NCBI GenBank assembly: GCA_012295275.1 | Contig: CM022679.1 | Span: 23,870,001 to 23,934,000 of the forward strand | Direction: 5' to 3' | Length of the DNA: 64,000 nt | Source: Chrysomallon squamiferum | Lineage: Eukaryota; Animalia; Mollusca | Shown here: positions 25,738-40,667 of the stretch, piece after piece | How positions within the stretch are numbered: position 1 is the stretch's first letter | How the letters are laid out: each line of letters starts with the position of its first letter | Program-made: the position numbers and the translations under genes | The notes under the pieces: model-generated | What the model saw: the letters and a program-made list of their open reading frames with translations, nothing else | What the model was told of the DNA's origin: nothing | Database searches by the model: none

Positions 25738-28700
25738 ACCTGTTGTGTCTATCTCTTTTTATCTATATGTAGCGATGGGCCCCATTACGTGGATTTCAAG
25801 AGTCCCACTTATTGCCCACTGACCGCTGTGGATGGTCAGATGAAGAAGGAAATGGAAACCAGCCTAGAGAAAAATTTCAACTTCCCTCAGAACACTGGGA
25901 ATGGGAAGGAGACTGGTTAATTGACAATAGTTTCCATGGAGAAGTGATTCCAGATAGAGAGGTGAAAAATACCTAAAATAATTCTTCATCTTAACTTAAA
26001 ACAGTTTTTGACTTTTGGTGGGTTATAATTACATCTATGACCTGTATGTATTCATGGTGTACAATTCCTGTTATTTAGCAAAACCTAAATATAAAGATAA
26101 TTTATTTCTTTAATGAAGTTTTTACTACATTAATATTTTGCTTCCACACTATGTATACTTTTTGTATGGAATGTAAGATGTACATTCAAGTTACTTTCAT
26201 CTATGTTCAAAATCCCACACTAATCATTCAAAAGCATTTTATTTCTTAAATAGAGTTGTCAATACCTTAATGAGTTGGTTTCACAATGTGCACATTTTTT
26301 ATATAAATGTACAAAGTAGAACATAAACATAAATTGTACATTTTAAAAAGTATACCTTAAATAATGTACAATTAAAGTTTAAGTTTTTTGTTTCCTGCAG
26401 CAGAACCATTATGGCATTTTAAAACTGATATTGTGGATGGATTGCTATCATTATTTATCTTAATTTAAGGCAAAGTATAGGGTGGAAATTTACAGCTAGT
26501 TAAAGGAGAGGTTCTTGTTTTACTAACTTGCATTTCATTAAATTATTATGGTAAAAGATAATTTCCATGCAGTATTTAATAATAATAATAGCAAATTTAT
26601 ATTTACTTTAATTGCTTTTAAGTTTTGATTGTCCGATCATTTTTTTATTCTTTCATAACTCCTTTTTCTTTTGAGCACTTTTAAATAAGAACGTACATTT
26701 TATTTTATACAAATTATGTATATAAACTTGTATAATTATATTTTGTTTTCAGGGATGGATCTATGCTACTAATTTCCGCAGGCCATGGTTGTTGGAAACC
26801 AACTGGAAAACCTGTGTCAGACGTAGAAAGTGGATTCGGTTTAGAAGATACAGAAGTACAGATGTTTGGGCAGTGGTATGAAATTACTTTTTATGATATA
26901 TCTCTCTCTCTCTCTCTCAAACAAATAACAACGCAATTCTTTTTGCATCTTCAAAAATCTTTTACAATGCAGTTGTGTTATTTTATTATTAGCAAAGGTT
27001 TGTGTTAGCTGAAATAAACCAGACTTTTAAAAAAATTAAAAATATTTAGATTATTTTGTTCTTTTTGCTAAAAATAAACTGTGTCATCCGACAGTGTATA
27101 ATGTTTGTTTACAGGTTTCAGATGCTGTTGTGGCAGATCACGGAGAAACATTTATTCAGATCTCGGTTGGTGGATTTGATATACCAAAACAACCTGCAGG
27201 CTTCCTGTCAGTGTGGGCCATCACCAGTACTGGTTTTGTAATTATTATGTTTATATTTGTGAATTACTTTCTTTCAAATAGTTATCAGGTTGTTTGTTTT
27301 CACTACTGTGTACTGTATCTTGAATATTAATATATATATGTATTATGTTGAAAGTGAAATTTTATGACTTTATGGGATCTTCTCTAGCATACGTATGTGA
27401 ACTATTCCTGTAATAATTCAAATCTCAGGCTTGCAATCTAATCACTTTGTTTACAGTCTACCAAATGAATATTTACAGCAGAAAAATTAGCTTTAATTTG
27501 ATTTGTCAAAACAAAATGACAAATTAGAACATACTGAATATATTTTTTATTAGAGACAAGCAGTGCTGTCTGTGATTATGCAAAAATAATTTTCTAAATC
27601 ATTATCTTTTCTTCTTATTATTATTATGCTTAAACATACCTCCTGTTATCTTAAAATTTCAGTTATATGTCAGAACTGGAGTTACTCAAGAATGTCCAGA
27701 GGGTGAGGAATGGACATACATATGTACAGACACTCTTGGAATAGTGAACATTTCAGTGGGTCCAACTGGTCAAGTGTGGGCAGTTACATGGGATGGTCAA
27801 GCAATGGTTAGGCTAGGAGTAAACAGTGAATGTGTCTATGGTAAATATTTTGTGAGGAAATAGTTTGTGTTTGTGTGTATACAGTACATTGATATCTTTG
27901 TTGTATTAATGTTTTTATGTTTCATGCAAAGAAGACATTTAAAAAATATTTGTATGAATTATAGTGTATAAGTAAAAAAGTTATGTAATTGTAACTTTAC
28001 GTTTATTATATAGTACTTGTTATCTCACCTACCTATGCACTCACCTAACCATGTACCCACCCACCATCACCTGCCCATCCAATTATCCACTTACCTATCT
28101 ACACACCTCATATTACAATCATCACCTGCCTAACTGCACAAACATATAAACATACACAGTCAATGTTAATTTACACCCACTGTCTTTATTTGTTTAAACA
28201 CCATTCAAATGTGATTTATTTTATGATTTTTGTCAGGGACTCACTGGCGTACTGTCAACCATCCAGATGATTCCACTCGACTAATGCAGCTGTCTCTTGG
28301 GCTGAATTCCCTGTGGGCTTTGTCAAGAGAGGGCAAGGTTTGTCCTATACACTTTTTGCATTTTATATGCATATAGACATCAACTTGTATAAATAATAAT
28401 TAAGTCATACTTTTTGGTTTTTAAGATAAATTTAAACGTTTATTGTTTGAAAACTGAAATTTTATCAAAAGGTGTGTGTCTGTCTGTATGTGTGTGTATG
28501 TTTCTGTATATTTATATGTTTGTATTTATGTTCATGTGTGTGTGTGTGTGTGTGAATATCTGTGTGTTTTTTGTGTTTGTGTGTTTGTAAATATGTTTAT
28601 GTATGTTTATATACACATATTTATGGATGGATGGTTGTATATGTTTGTCTGTATGCAGGATTTAGTATGTACGTGTTTTTATCTGTGTAGTTACATGCAT

Positions 28701-31700
28701 GTTAAATACAGTCAAGTGGACATAATATATGTGTATATTAATTTTACAGATCTTGTTTAGAAAAGGCATTGTAGAAAATGACCTCAGCTGTGACAATATT
28801 TTGTCAGTGACAGGCTCTGAGTGGATTAAGATGGTTGGACAAATGTCATACATTACTGTAACACCAAATAACCATGTATGTAATATTATCTTTAGCAACA
28901 GGGTAACAAAAATTGTAGGAGTTGTTCAATAATTTATTGTATAATAAACTTAACCATTAGAAAAATAATATGAAATGGTGATTTTTATTACTTTGAATCT
29001 TGTTGTTACTAATCTTAATTGTTGTTATAACTGTTAAATATGTTATATAAAAAGGAATATATTTTTTTTAATTATAATAATATTTTAAACAGCTGTATTA
29101 TTATACTGTTTAATTATGTATCTCTGTTTATTATTTGTTTTATTTTTTAATGGTTTTAGGTGTTTGCTGTAGGAATGGATGATCGAGAAATTTACTATAG
29201 AACAGGAGTGAATGCAAGTGATCTTGGTGGCAAAATGTGGCAAAAGTTGCAGTTGAATGAAGAAATTCATGGAAGTGTTTCAAGTTTTACTTCAGATATG
29301 GAAGAGTCTTGTTGTTATTCTGATTCTGTTAGTTTGAGTAGTGAAGGAACACACAACACTCTACCTCTGCATAATCTAGTTCATACAGTTGATGGTGAAG
29401 AAAGAGAGGATTTATTGAAGTTTACAAATGTTCCCTCAATACATCAGAAAGAAATGTCAAAAGAAGATGGGTTATCGCATGTAGTAAAGGATGAAAATAA
29501 TTTATTACCAGTAATTGATATTTGTGGTAGTGTTATTGGTGAATATGCTGATAAAGATAAGAATGATACCGATGAGAATATTACAGATAATAAAAATATG
29601 AATGTTACAGATGATAAAGATGTGAATATTACAGATGATAAAGATGTGAATATTACAGATAATGAAGATGAAAATATTACAGATATTAAAGAGGTGAATA
29701 ATACAAATAATAGAGATAACAAAAATATGAATATTACAGATAATTCTGACTACTTGGGTCAATCACCAAAATCATCAGAAATCATCAACTTTGTGACTGA
29801 TCTTTTAAACAGTGAGTCGAATGAGAATGATTCAAGCTTTAACTGTTCAAATGATGTTGAAAAAGGTTCAGCTGGTTCAGTCTCCAAAGCCATGTCTTTT
29901 GACAAAATGGATAGCAGTCCCTACAATACAGAGGATATAGCTAACATTCGTAGTCATTCAGATGATTTTGGATGAATTTCCCAGCATTCCTTGCAGTAAA
30001 GCCAAAACATCTAACAAAAAGTCTCCTTTTCCAAGTATTTCTTGCACAGACATTGTGATAGCTGATAAAAAGAATTCTGTGGAGGACCAACAACCCACAA
30101 GTACTGACTGGATACCACTGCAGCCCAGTGAAACATACACTGGTACAATTACAGACAGCTCATTGATGTTCATGTCTAATCAACAGTCTGTGGATAATGG
30201 TGCTGTTGTTGATGGTGACGTGCCTACATCAGGTCATGCAGTCTTTGATATGTTTGTGTTGACCCCGAGCGATGCCACGTTATTGCTGGATGCAGCTTAG
30301 TGGCTTAGGCTGCATTATCAGCAACCCAGCCCAAGTCTACTGGTTACAGCCTGGAAAAGGTGCATTGCATAATTTTATTATTGACAAGATTAATTTAATA
30401 TTTCAGAATACCATTTACCAGGCTATCATTCAGAGATATAAACAGATGACATAAATAGCGATTGATTTATTTTTGTTTGAAAGTTCAATCCAGTTTTGAA
30501 GGTTGTGAATGAACTCAAACAAAAAAGCAGCTAATATAAGTAACAGTGTTAAAAGTTTTACATTTGCTTTATTGCTTGGCTGCAATCAAATATTTCATAC
30601 TATTTTATAGATTCTTAGCATCTAATAATTTTACACTTACATTCTGGGGATATATAGTGTAACTATGCCTGTTAGTTAACAATTTCATTATGGGATACTG
30701 GAAAGTTTAATTTCGTAAGCTGATTGGTTGATATTTTTTAGCAGGAATCCCAAATTCAAAATATTCAGTATCAAAGTCACAACAGAATTGTGGTTACATA
30801 CGAATTACTTCAAACTGAAGGCCCAGTGGATTAAAATGAACTAATATTATTTGTGTGTTTATATTCAGAAGACTTGTTATCTCATCCCATTAGAAAATGG
30901 TGTTTTGTGGATATTTTTTAAATTGTGTTGTCTACAACATGTGGTTTTAATTTGCAGATTCTGAATCCAACAAGGAAGATAAAGGCAAAATCACCTTGGA
31001 AATGAGGCAAGAAATTTTGAAATTGCTACGGAAACGAAACCAAAGAGAAATTGAAAATTTTCAATCATATGAAAATGCTATTGAGAAGGTTAATGACCTT
31101 TTTGACATTTTGTTAATTTGTATTCTGTTACTTTGTAATGTTCTAGCTGAAGCAAGCAGATCTTGTTTTATTCATATTTTTACCTACTTTGATAAAAAGT
31201 ATATAATAACTTTTAAGTTTCAGTTTTAATTTTCTATATTAACAGACTTTCATCAAATTAATTATTTAATTGTTGTAATTATGTTTAGCTTTTTCTTCGT
31301 GTAGTCATGTAATCTAGTGATTTACAATGACTGTTTTATTTGTGAAACAAATATTTACTACTAATAAAGTATGATAGTTGTGGTCAACAATAATATATCA
31401 AGTATTGGTGATTCATGAAATTGTCATCTACCTTTATTTCTTGTTGATTTATACCTATAAATATATAAAAAAAAATATTTGAAAAAAAAAAGAACTAAAT
31501 ACATGATCTGATAAAATAATACACTTAAAACAACTCTGCCAAAGATATGGATACTAATTTGTATTCTTTGTTGGTGAATGAAAGACAAGACAAGAAACCG
31601 CATCTCACATGGGTTAACTTTACTGTTTGAAATTTTGCAGACATCTTGGGTGAAGAAAGCCTCAATGAGATGGTTTCACTTTGGTCAGAAACCAGGCTGG

Positions 31701-33214
31701 CGACCATGTTCAGTTGAGCTGGAGCAGGGACTTAAAGAAAATGATACAAGAATGATCACAGTCCAGTACAAACACAAAGAAAAACAAATGGTAAATTCTG
31801 AATTAAAACAAAAGTTCATAGCATCTTTTGAGTGACAATATTTAGATATTTATGCATATAATCTGTTCAACCTTTCAGAATGTGTGTGTTTGTGTCTGTG
31901 TGTGTGTATGTCTATATATATTGTATATTTCAGTCATGTGTACAATAAAATCACATAGTTAAATGTTGCCTATTACAAAATGCTATAAAGTTTTGTTTCA
32001 TAACTAAAACAAACAAGAAAATATTAATAAAAAATGAAAATATATTGAGGAGTCATCAAGCAAATTAATCTTTCTTTCTTTCTATATCTTTCTTTCTTCC
32101 ATATTTTTCTTTCTTTATTTACTTATCTATTTTTCCTTTCTTTCTTTCCTTCTTTGTTTAGTTGTTTGTTGCAATCACTTTTCTTTATTTCCTTATTTAT
32201 ATTTATTTATTTATTTGTTTGTTTGTTTATTTTTATTTATTTTTGTTTATTTATTTACTTATATACTTACATACTTGTATACTTCCGTACTTATTTATTT
32301 ATTTATTTACTTACAGCAGGTACAGATTAATATGGAGGACATAACCTGTGTTTACAGAGTGTCTGCCAGTGAAAATATTGTCTTTGCAGTACACACAATT
32401 GATACAGTCTACACAGTTAAACCACATCTTTTCAGTCCAGCATCAGAGACAGAGGCCAATGAATGGGTGAGATAATACATACATACAAGTGGAAACATAT
32501 GTTCGCAAGCATGCACATGCATACTTGCACACATAGACACATGCAACATACATATTCATTACACATGATTTATATCTGCACTTGATGATTGTTATTTGTA
32601 CATGATGTGATGAATGTTATTCTCCAATAATTTAGTCATTTGAAAAACTTCATTTCTTGCCTTTATAAGATTTAATTATATGATGCCACTTAATAAATGT
32701 CTTAAGTTAAGAAAAATGATCAATTTTCATTTTATTTTTTGTTATACCGTGTATAATTTTATGAGTACTTGGTTGTCAGCTGATAAAATTAAGGACAAAT
32801 TACATTTTTTTTTTTTTTAAAGTAAAAAAAGAGGCCAGAGACAAAACTAATCATAAATTTTGAAAAAAATAATTATTTTCAGGTAACTTTGATATATAAT
32901 GCCAATGCATCACTGTGGAGTCTACAGTCATCCATACCACAGGGTTCTGTATGGTCTACAACACTGAGAGGAGATGTATACATTCATAGGCCACCCATCC
33001 ACCTTTGTAAAGGCAAATGAAATGTAAGTAACTTAAGTAAGGTATTGATTATAAGGTGTTGACAAATTTAGCAATCATGATTTCCACTTTTTATATTTAC
33101 TACTTATAACAGAATTGCTGATGTTTCTGTGATGTTGATTCAGAACAATGCCTGATATTGTCCAGATCTATCATAGTTCATAGTTTTCTATTAATGTATT
33201 TGTATATATTCATT

Positions 33215-33268
<54 letters not shown>

Positions 33269-36200
33269 TGTGTGTGTGTGGGTGTGTGCTCTTGATTGTC
33301 TAAATGTTAAACTAAATAAGTTTGCACATATCATGGATTCTTTCAGCAAAAATCATTTTATTTCTTTAGGTAATTGGTGTGTGTATGTATGTATGTATAT
33401 AAAATATTTAAAATGTAGGTGCTGGAATCTTGTGGGTGGTCACTTTGAATACATTGAGACATCACCTTGTGGAATTACCTGGGCACTTGGATATAACCAG
33501 ACTGTTTGGTATTACAGTGGAGGATATGGGGGTGGTATTTTCAAAGGTGAGTTTTTTTTATCATTAGTTGAAAGAAGTGTTTTCAAAGGTGAAATTAGAA
33601 GCATTTTAATGGAAGATAATACATTTTGAAATAATAAATTTTATGTAGAAAAACTTTTATTAAAAATGGTAGTAATTATAGCTTAAAAAAGAAGTTTACA
33701 GTGAAAGAATAATTTGAAAACAAACTGAAAAAAAAAGAAAATTAAAAACAAACTGGTTTCCCTTTTTGGATCCAGATGTGTTGTTATTTCCTTTCTAATT
33801 TTTTGTCTAGTCTTTATAAAATATTTCCATACACTCTAGAAAACTATTGTAATAAATGAATGGAAGTAAATGATGTCATTCTGTAGGTAAATGAAAACTA
33901 ATTTAACAAAATATCCTGGCAAAATATATGTAGCCATATATACAACTTTTAGTTCATTCCTACATATGTAAACCAAATTCATTAGGAGGTCATATATCAC
34001 ATTTCAAAACTTTCAGAAAAAAAACAGTAAAAAAAAAAAAAAAAATAATAATAATAATTTGAAAATTATCACTGAAATAATGTAACAAAGTTCAGGAAAG
34101 ATTTCTGTTACTTAGTAGGCCATAAACTGTTCTTATGTCATGATTTACAATAAGAATTTCAAGTTTTATTTTATAATTTTTTCTATTTTTCTAGATATGT
34201 CTGGATTGTCTAGAGATGTACACACACAGACAGATGTTCAGAAAGTATCTGTATTTGAAAATCAGAAGTGGTACCTCTTGACTGGTTATTGCAACGAGTG
34301 AGTAATTAAAACAGTTCTTATAATTTAACAAAAAAAAAAAAATAATAATAATACAATAATAATATATAATAAATAATAATAATAATAAAAAACCCAATAA
34401 TAAATGCAAAAAAACAACAAACTCCACAACAACAAGAAAAAAACATTAAAGAAAAAAAAAGGTATATATAATAATAATAAAATAATAATAAAGTAAAATA
34501 TATGTGGTGTAATAAAAACAAAAGTTACTTTCAATCATTGAAACACAAATATTTTATATTTAATAAAAAAAATTTAAGGCCATAATCAAATTATATACGT
34601 TACCCTTTATTTAATGATGTAGAGAAGAAAAGGTCATTTTTTTTTTTTTTTTTTATTGGACTTTGTATATGTACATGTATAACAAAAACATTACAGTCCA
34701 GTTTACAAACTGTTACTAATAATGTAGTTAAAATTAAAAGGAACAGTTCATGATAGAGAAGATGATCATTTTAATTCAAAAATTTTTGCCTGCTTCATTT
34801 ATCATTTGTTATAGAAAACTACTTCATCCTTTCTTACTTTGTTTTTTCCTTTCTTTTATTTGGACCTACCTTACACAGACACACACTAACACTCAGGTAT
34901 CCACATATAAAAGAAATATGCATAAAGACACATATACACAAACTTACTCACATATTGTACAAACTTACAAAACTCATACAAGGAGAAATATATTGTTATA
35001 TATATATATATATATATACATGTTTATTGACATGAATGTTATAAAATGGAATATTTGAAAATGACAATATTTCTTATTATTATAGTGGATTTGTGACAGA
35101 CACAGTTGATAGAGAAAGGAGACATCTGGAATATAACATTGAGAATATCAAGTTGCCCTCTTCTTCATGGAAATGGGTTAGTTGCTCACCTTTTCTGAAA
35201 TACCAGATCTGACCCTGACCTTATAATTTAGGGAGTTTCGATTTGAATGTATTAAATAAAAGTAATAATAATAATAATAAAATAAAATGTTTAAAAAGGT
35301 TAAATTAAATGATTTTTGTTTTTAAATATGAGTTTAATTTTAGTTATAGTCACTGATTTTTTATTAATATTTTTGTTAATATTTCTGTTCCTAATACCGC
35401 TGTTATTGTTCTTGTTATTATTAATTATATTTTTTAATGTTGTTGTTATAATAATAATAATAAAATAATAATAGTAATTATTATTATTATTGTTATAAGG
35501 ATGGAGACTGGTGTATAGACTACAGTAGTGGTGTTGACAGTGATGGGTGGCAGTATGCAGTTAACTATCATCAGTAAGTCCTTTCACTTATTTACTAATA
35601 TTACAGTCTGTAGAATTATATTTTTAATCGAAGGATATATTTAACTCATATATTTAAATCATTTTTATTATGTTGGATTTATTTATTTTGCAGTTCTTTC
35701 CATGTAAGAAAAGGATTAACTGATCGAGTCAGACGCAGGCGATGGGTCAGGTCAGCTGCCATTATTATTTTTGTATTTTTTTGTGTTACTGGTTTTTTTT
35801 TCATTATTTTTAAATGAAATTACATCCACTTTAGTATTGTTATTATATTAATAACAATGTGTATATGTATATTTGTGTGTTTTTGACATGTCAGATGTAC
35901 AGGTGTATTAAGATATGATGTTTATAATAAATGTATCTACTTATGATCTTTCCATAAGTATTGTGGGGAAATGGAGGATGGACGGATGGATGTATGATTT
36001 ATTGTTTTGAAAACAAAAATGATTAAATTTAAAGCCTTCATTATTTACAAAAATAATAAAATATAAAATGATTTCATTAATATATTTTGTAACAGTTATG
36101 TATATATTTTTTTTATTTTGTACACAGGAAATGTAAACTGGAAACTCTTGGACCTTGGTTACAAGTTGGTGAAACTAAGCTGAGTAATATATCCTTGCAG

Positions 36201-39178
36201 CTTGATCAACCTGCATCCCCATCTGAACCTCTGGTTGTGTGGGGTGTTGGAACACAAGGAAATCTTTTGTGCAGGATTGGTGTGACCAGACACAAACCAC
36301 ATGTTTGTTTTATATTTAGGATAAACTTTGTATTTTTTGAGATAGTGATATAATCTGTCAGAGTTTTGATTTTATCTATTTAGTATTTTGGGATACAAGT
36401 AAAATATAATTATGTAATGATAACTTTAACATTTTTAATTTTTTATCATTTTAGTTAAACCAAAAAGAAAATTATTTAAAAAATCTTTCCCAAGATTTCA
36501 TAGTAATCAATAATCACCATAGTAATCAATAATTTATGATTTTAAATTTTTGTGATATATAATTAAAATAAATTAATATTTTTGTTTCATACTATTATTG
36601 TTATTTAAATATTTATTTATTTACTTATGTTTGAATAAATGTAAATCAGAATGACAATGTTGAGATAAATAGTCATTTAGGAAAGATATTACTGAAAAAT
36701 ATCAAAATTATAATCTTAAATGTTGTTAATACAAATAATATAATAATATACAAATTTAACATATTTAATATAAATGACAAATTAACATGTTATTTCAGGG
36801 GGAGAGATGGGTACATATTCCAAATGACCACCTGTTTCACACAGTGTCAGTGGGTGGAGGGTATAGGGTGTGGGCAGTTGCCAAGGATGGGTCAGCATGG
36901 TACAGATCAAGTGTCAGTCCTCATAATCCACAAGGTTGGTTTTATTGTTTATTTTAAAAATACTTTATTATTGTTCAAGGTTGGTTATCATTTATTTAAT
37001 TTTCAATACTTTATTATCTTTCAAGTTTGGCTGTTAACATTTGTTTAAAAATACTTTATTATCTTTTGAGTTTGGGTGTTAACATTTGTTTAAAAAATAC
37101 TTTGTTATCTTTCAAAGTTGACTTTTTTTTTTTTTTGTTTTTTCAGTACTTTATTATCTTTCAAGTTTGGTGTTAATATTTATTTTTAATATTTTTATTA
37201 TCTTTCTTCAAGTATGTATGTTATTATTTATGTTTAAATGCTTTATTATGTTTCAAGTCATGTATACTATTTAATTTTACATAAAATAATTTTCATACAT
37301 CTGTCTGACATCCCAATAGCTGATTTGTTTTTCATGCTGAGATGTCATTAAACAACACTCATTCATTTATTCAGTCTAAGTAACTGTGTTTATTTTTAAA
37401 ATATTTTATTTTGTTTCAAGGTACAGAATCATTTATATTTTAAAAGTAATTTATCATCATTCAAGGCTGGGGGGTTAACATTCTCTTTATGAATATTTTA
37501 TTATCAATCAAGGGTTAATGGATATTTTAAAATAATTTATTAACTTTTAAGGTTAATTTTTGTGTGACTTAACTTATCTATGTGTTTGGTTTACAGGCTG
37601 TGACTGGTTACAGATTGTTTTTCCACCAGAAAATGGTTCTGCTCTGTGTCGAATCTCTGCTGGGAAGACGGCAGTGTGGGCTATTGATAGAAAAGGTGAC
37701 TCTTTTTATCTATAATATCTTCATCTGCATTTATTTATCTTTATCTATAGTCTTCAGATTCATTATGCAAAGTTTTACCTATTGACTGTAATGGAAAAAA
37801 CAGTTACTGGAGAAGTTTTCTTTAACTTAAGCAATGGGAGTCTAAAAGCAGTGTCCTTTTCACTGTGTTATTGGGCTGTTTCCCATTCTAGCTACTGCTC
37901 CACATTGGGATATCCATGCTGTTTTGTCTGCTGAAAGATGCATTTGTAAGATGTTGTTAATTAATAAGTGTAGCCCATGTAAAGAGTTTCCACTCATGTC
38001 ATTATACATATATTGACAAATAGTAGCATATATTAAACATTCATTAATGCAATTACATCATTTTTATTTCCAGGTACTTTGTGGTACAGAAAGGATATAA
38101 CTCCCACATATCCTGAAGGGACATCGTGGGTGAAAGTGTGTGACAAAGTACTTGATGTCTCAGTTGGACCAAATGACCAGGTAGACAAAGATGTGCTGCA
38201 TCATGTAGAATTTAATATAAGTTTATACATTACAAATTTTGTTCTTTTTTATTTTTTTCTTTCATTATTTTTGGAAGTGTTGCATGTTCATGTGCATTAT
38301 ATAATACAATTCTTAACTTTGATTTCTGGATATAATGAAGCTATTGTGATTGTGTCTACTTAATAGCAGGGAAACCATGCAGTAATTGTTTGTGGCCTCA
38401 TTAAAAATAATTTAGTAACTAGTTATGTCTGTCCTTCTGTTGACATCGAAACTATTGAAACAAAATGACCAATATGGCTTTGTGCTTCTATTTACATAAA
38501 AACAATTGAAAAAAAAAATGACCAATATAGCTTATTCCTTCTGTTGACATTGAAACCAGTGAAATGAAATGACCAATATGGCTTTGTGTTTCTGTTGACT
38601 TGGAACATTAGTAAAATTGTATTTTTGATTTCAGGTATGGATTGTGGCTGATGCTAACTTCTGTCACCATGGACACAGTCAAGGTGTGATTTACAAACGT
38701 ACAGGTATCACAGAAGAGACACCTTCAGGCACTTCCTGGCAAATCATTATTGGAGTGAGTTGATGATAACTAATCTTTTTAATGTCAAAATTTTAAAATA
38801 GTGGATCCCTTGTTTCAAAAGTGATTCAGTCTGAACAATTTCATTTAAAAAAGTTGTGTCAGCTGATAATTTGTTTACTTTATGCAAAACAAATTATTTT
38901 TAAATTTTTTTTTTTTTTCTTAACAACTAAATGGAATCAGATTCAAGAACCCACTGTTTTTATATAAACTAATAATTCTTTGTAGTTCTTCTAACCACTA
39001 AAGTACCAATAAATTCTTAGTTTCACTTAAGAATTAAACTGGATTTCTATTATATGTGTTCTCACACTGAGAATAACAAAGTATATAATTACGAGAGTGT
39101 AGCATTAAAAAATGTAATTTTGTTTTTCAGAGTGGCTGGAAGCATGTCTCAGTTAGAGGACAGACTGATACACACTGA
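24736..39178 (+). CDS. TECPR1: Tectonin beta-propeller repeat protein 1, 23 coding exons, three apparent +1 frameshifts as assembled
   Basis: Exons 24736-24969, 25773-25961, 26753-26875, 27115-27237, 27663-27840, 28237-28337, 28750-28875, 29160-30359, 30958-31088, 31641-31790, 32317-32466, 32883-33023, 33419-33546, 34195-34297, 35086-35176, 35500-35573, 35694-35750, 36128-36302, 36799-36934, 37597-37695, 38074-38180, 38635-38754, 39131-39178. Two dysferlin domains (YQNQRW...VRRRKW; FENQKW...VRRRRW), tectonin repeats (VWAV...G), an AIR-like helix ([19 protein letters not shown]) and a PH domain. Confidence 0.92.
29571..29747 (+). repeat. Coding 24-bp minisatellite (~7 units, DVNITDDK-like) in TECPR1 exon 8
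   Basis: Units such as GATGTGAATATTACAGATGATAAA repeated in frame. Confidence 0.9.
36958..37260. repeat. Intronic ~45-bp minisatellite in TECPR1
   Basis: Recurrent AATACTTTATTATCTTTCAAGTTTGG(C)TGTTAACATTTGTTTAAAA, with degenerate copies continuing to ~37520. Confidence 0.75.
38430..38600. repeat. Intronic ~50-55-bp tandem repeat (3 copies)
   Basis: AAATGACCAATAT(G/A)GCTT at ~38463, ~38516 and ~38567, with TTCTGTTGAC between copies. Confidence 0.7.
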
Positions 39179-40667
39179 CATGATGCTAAAATAGATTGCT
39201 TGTTTCTACAGTTGCATTGTATTGAAATCTGCCATACAGCAATCCCTACAATCATAACAAGTACTTTTTATATATTATTAATAACATATGGTTAATAACA
39301 CACCCAAACATGATTGAAGGGATTTTGAGAACATGGAACATGCATGTTATTGTTTTGCCATGTTAACTAAAACAGATTAATTAAGATGGATGTGGTGGAC
39401 TTTAAACTGGGACATCTCACACAAAATGAAAAGAAGCAGTTATTTTATATATATACTGGGTTAGAACAAAAGACCTTAGTGTTTCTCAATAGGTAGAATT
39501 TGAGTATGTGATTTTGTTTTACAAGTGATTCAAATGTATGACATATATATACATGTTCTTAAAGGATAACAAATTGGCATATATGTGTCTGAATCAATCA
39601 GTGTGCAGACACCTAAATATTTTAGTTGATTTTCACTTAAAAATACCATGAATATTTGAAAATTATTTTACATGGTCTGTGTATTATACGTTTTTCAAAG
39701 ACAATTAAGCTACTGTGATTGGTCTTTTAAAATCATTTTAATTCAATTTTATTACAAAAATAAACTTACCTTTTTATGTGTTCATGTGCCAGATATGTGA
39801 TAAAAATGTTATTTGTGTTGTTATTGAGATACACAGGTTTAGTGATTTCATGTTGTGAAAAAAATCTCTAACGTATTGTGTAAATAATTAAAAAGAATTA
39901 TTAATTTTAAAAAGTAATAAAATAAGCTATATATAACTAATAAAAAAAATTATTACATTCTTCAGAATTTTGTAAACTTTGAAAATCATTATGTATTGTT
40001 GTTCTTACTGTGTTGTATACAAAAATCATGTTTTTTTTTTTGTTAACATTCCACATACATTTTTTTGTTTTGTTTTTCTGGTGTACTCGGCCAGAATATC
40101 ATAGTAAAAATCAGTGAACATTTGTGTTTGCAAGGTATTTTTGTTGAGCTTAATAAAAGCACCGTTTCCAGGCTAAAACATTTATCTTGAAAAAATTAAA
40201 TACATTAATAAATTTAAAATGTTTGAATTATTTTGAAATGTAAATAAATTAAAAAAATACAATAGAAAACAAAATTAATTAAACTATCAGACATTTTTTA
40301 ACAATTACAAAATCAGCAAAATTCTGCAAAAAGTTGGACAACCATTTTATGATCTTGTGTCAAGGAACAGAACAAAAGAACAATTATCCATATAAAATTG
40401 TATTATATGTTGCTTTGAACATATAAATTTAGTTTATAGCATTTTAATAGATTTTTAGATATATAATTTCAATTGGATAAATTAAAAAAAAAATTCCACT
40501 GTAATACTGGAAGCAGAAATTATTTTAATGATGTTGTAAGTGAATTATTATTATTGTTATAAACTGTTTTTATAATAAACATGTTTAACAGAAAATAGAT
40601 TAGTGTGTATTTCTTTTGGGTTTTATTTATTTATTAACTGATTAAAATGACAAGACAATTCATATTA

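Noticed and set aside
11466-39178. Functional mTOR/lysosome/autophagy 'cluster' (MLST8, BRI3, TECPR1)
   Set aside because: Ancestral linkage explains the proximity, and there is no sequence evidence for co-regulation beyond the divergent pairs already reported.
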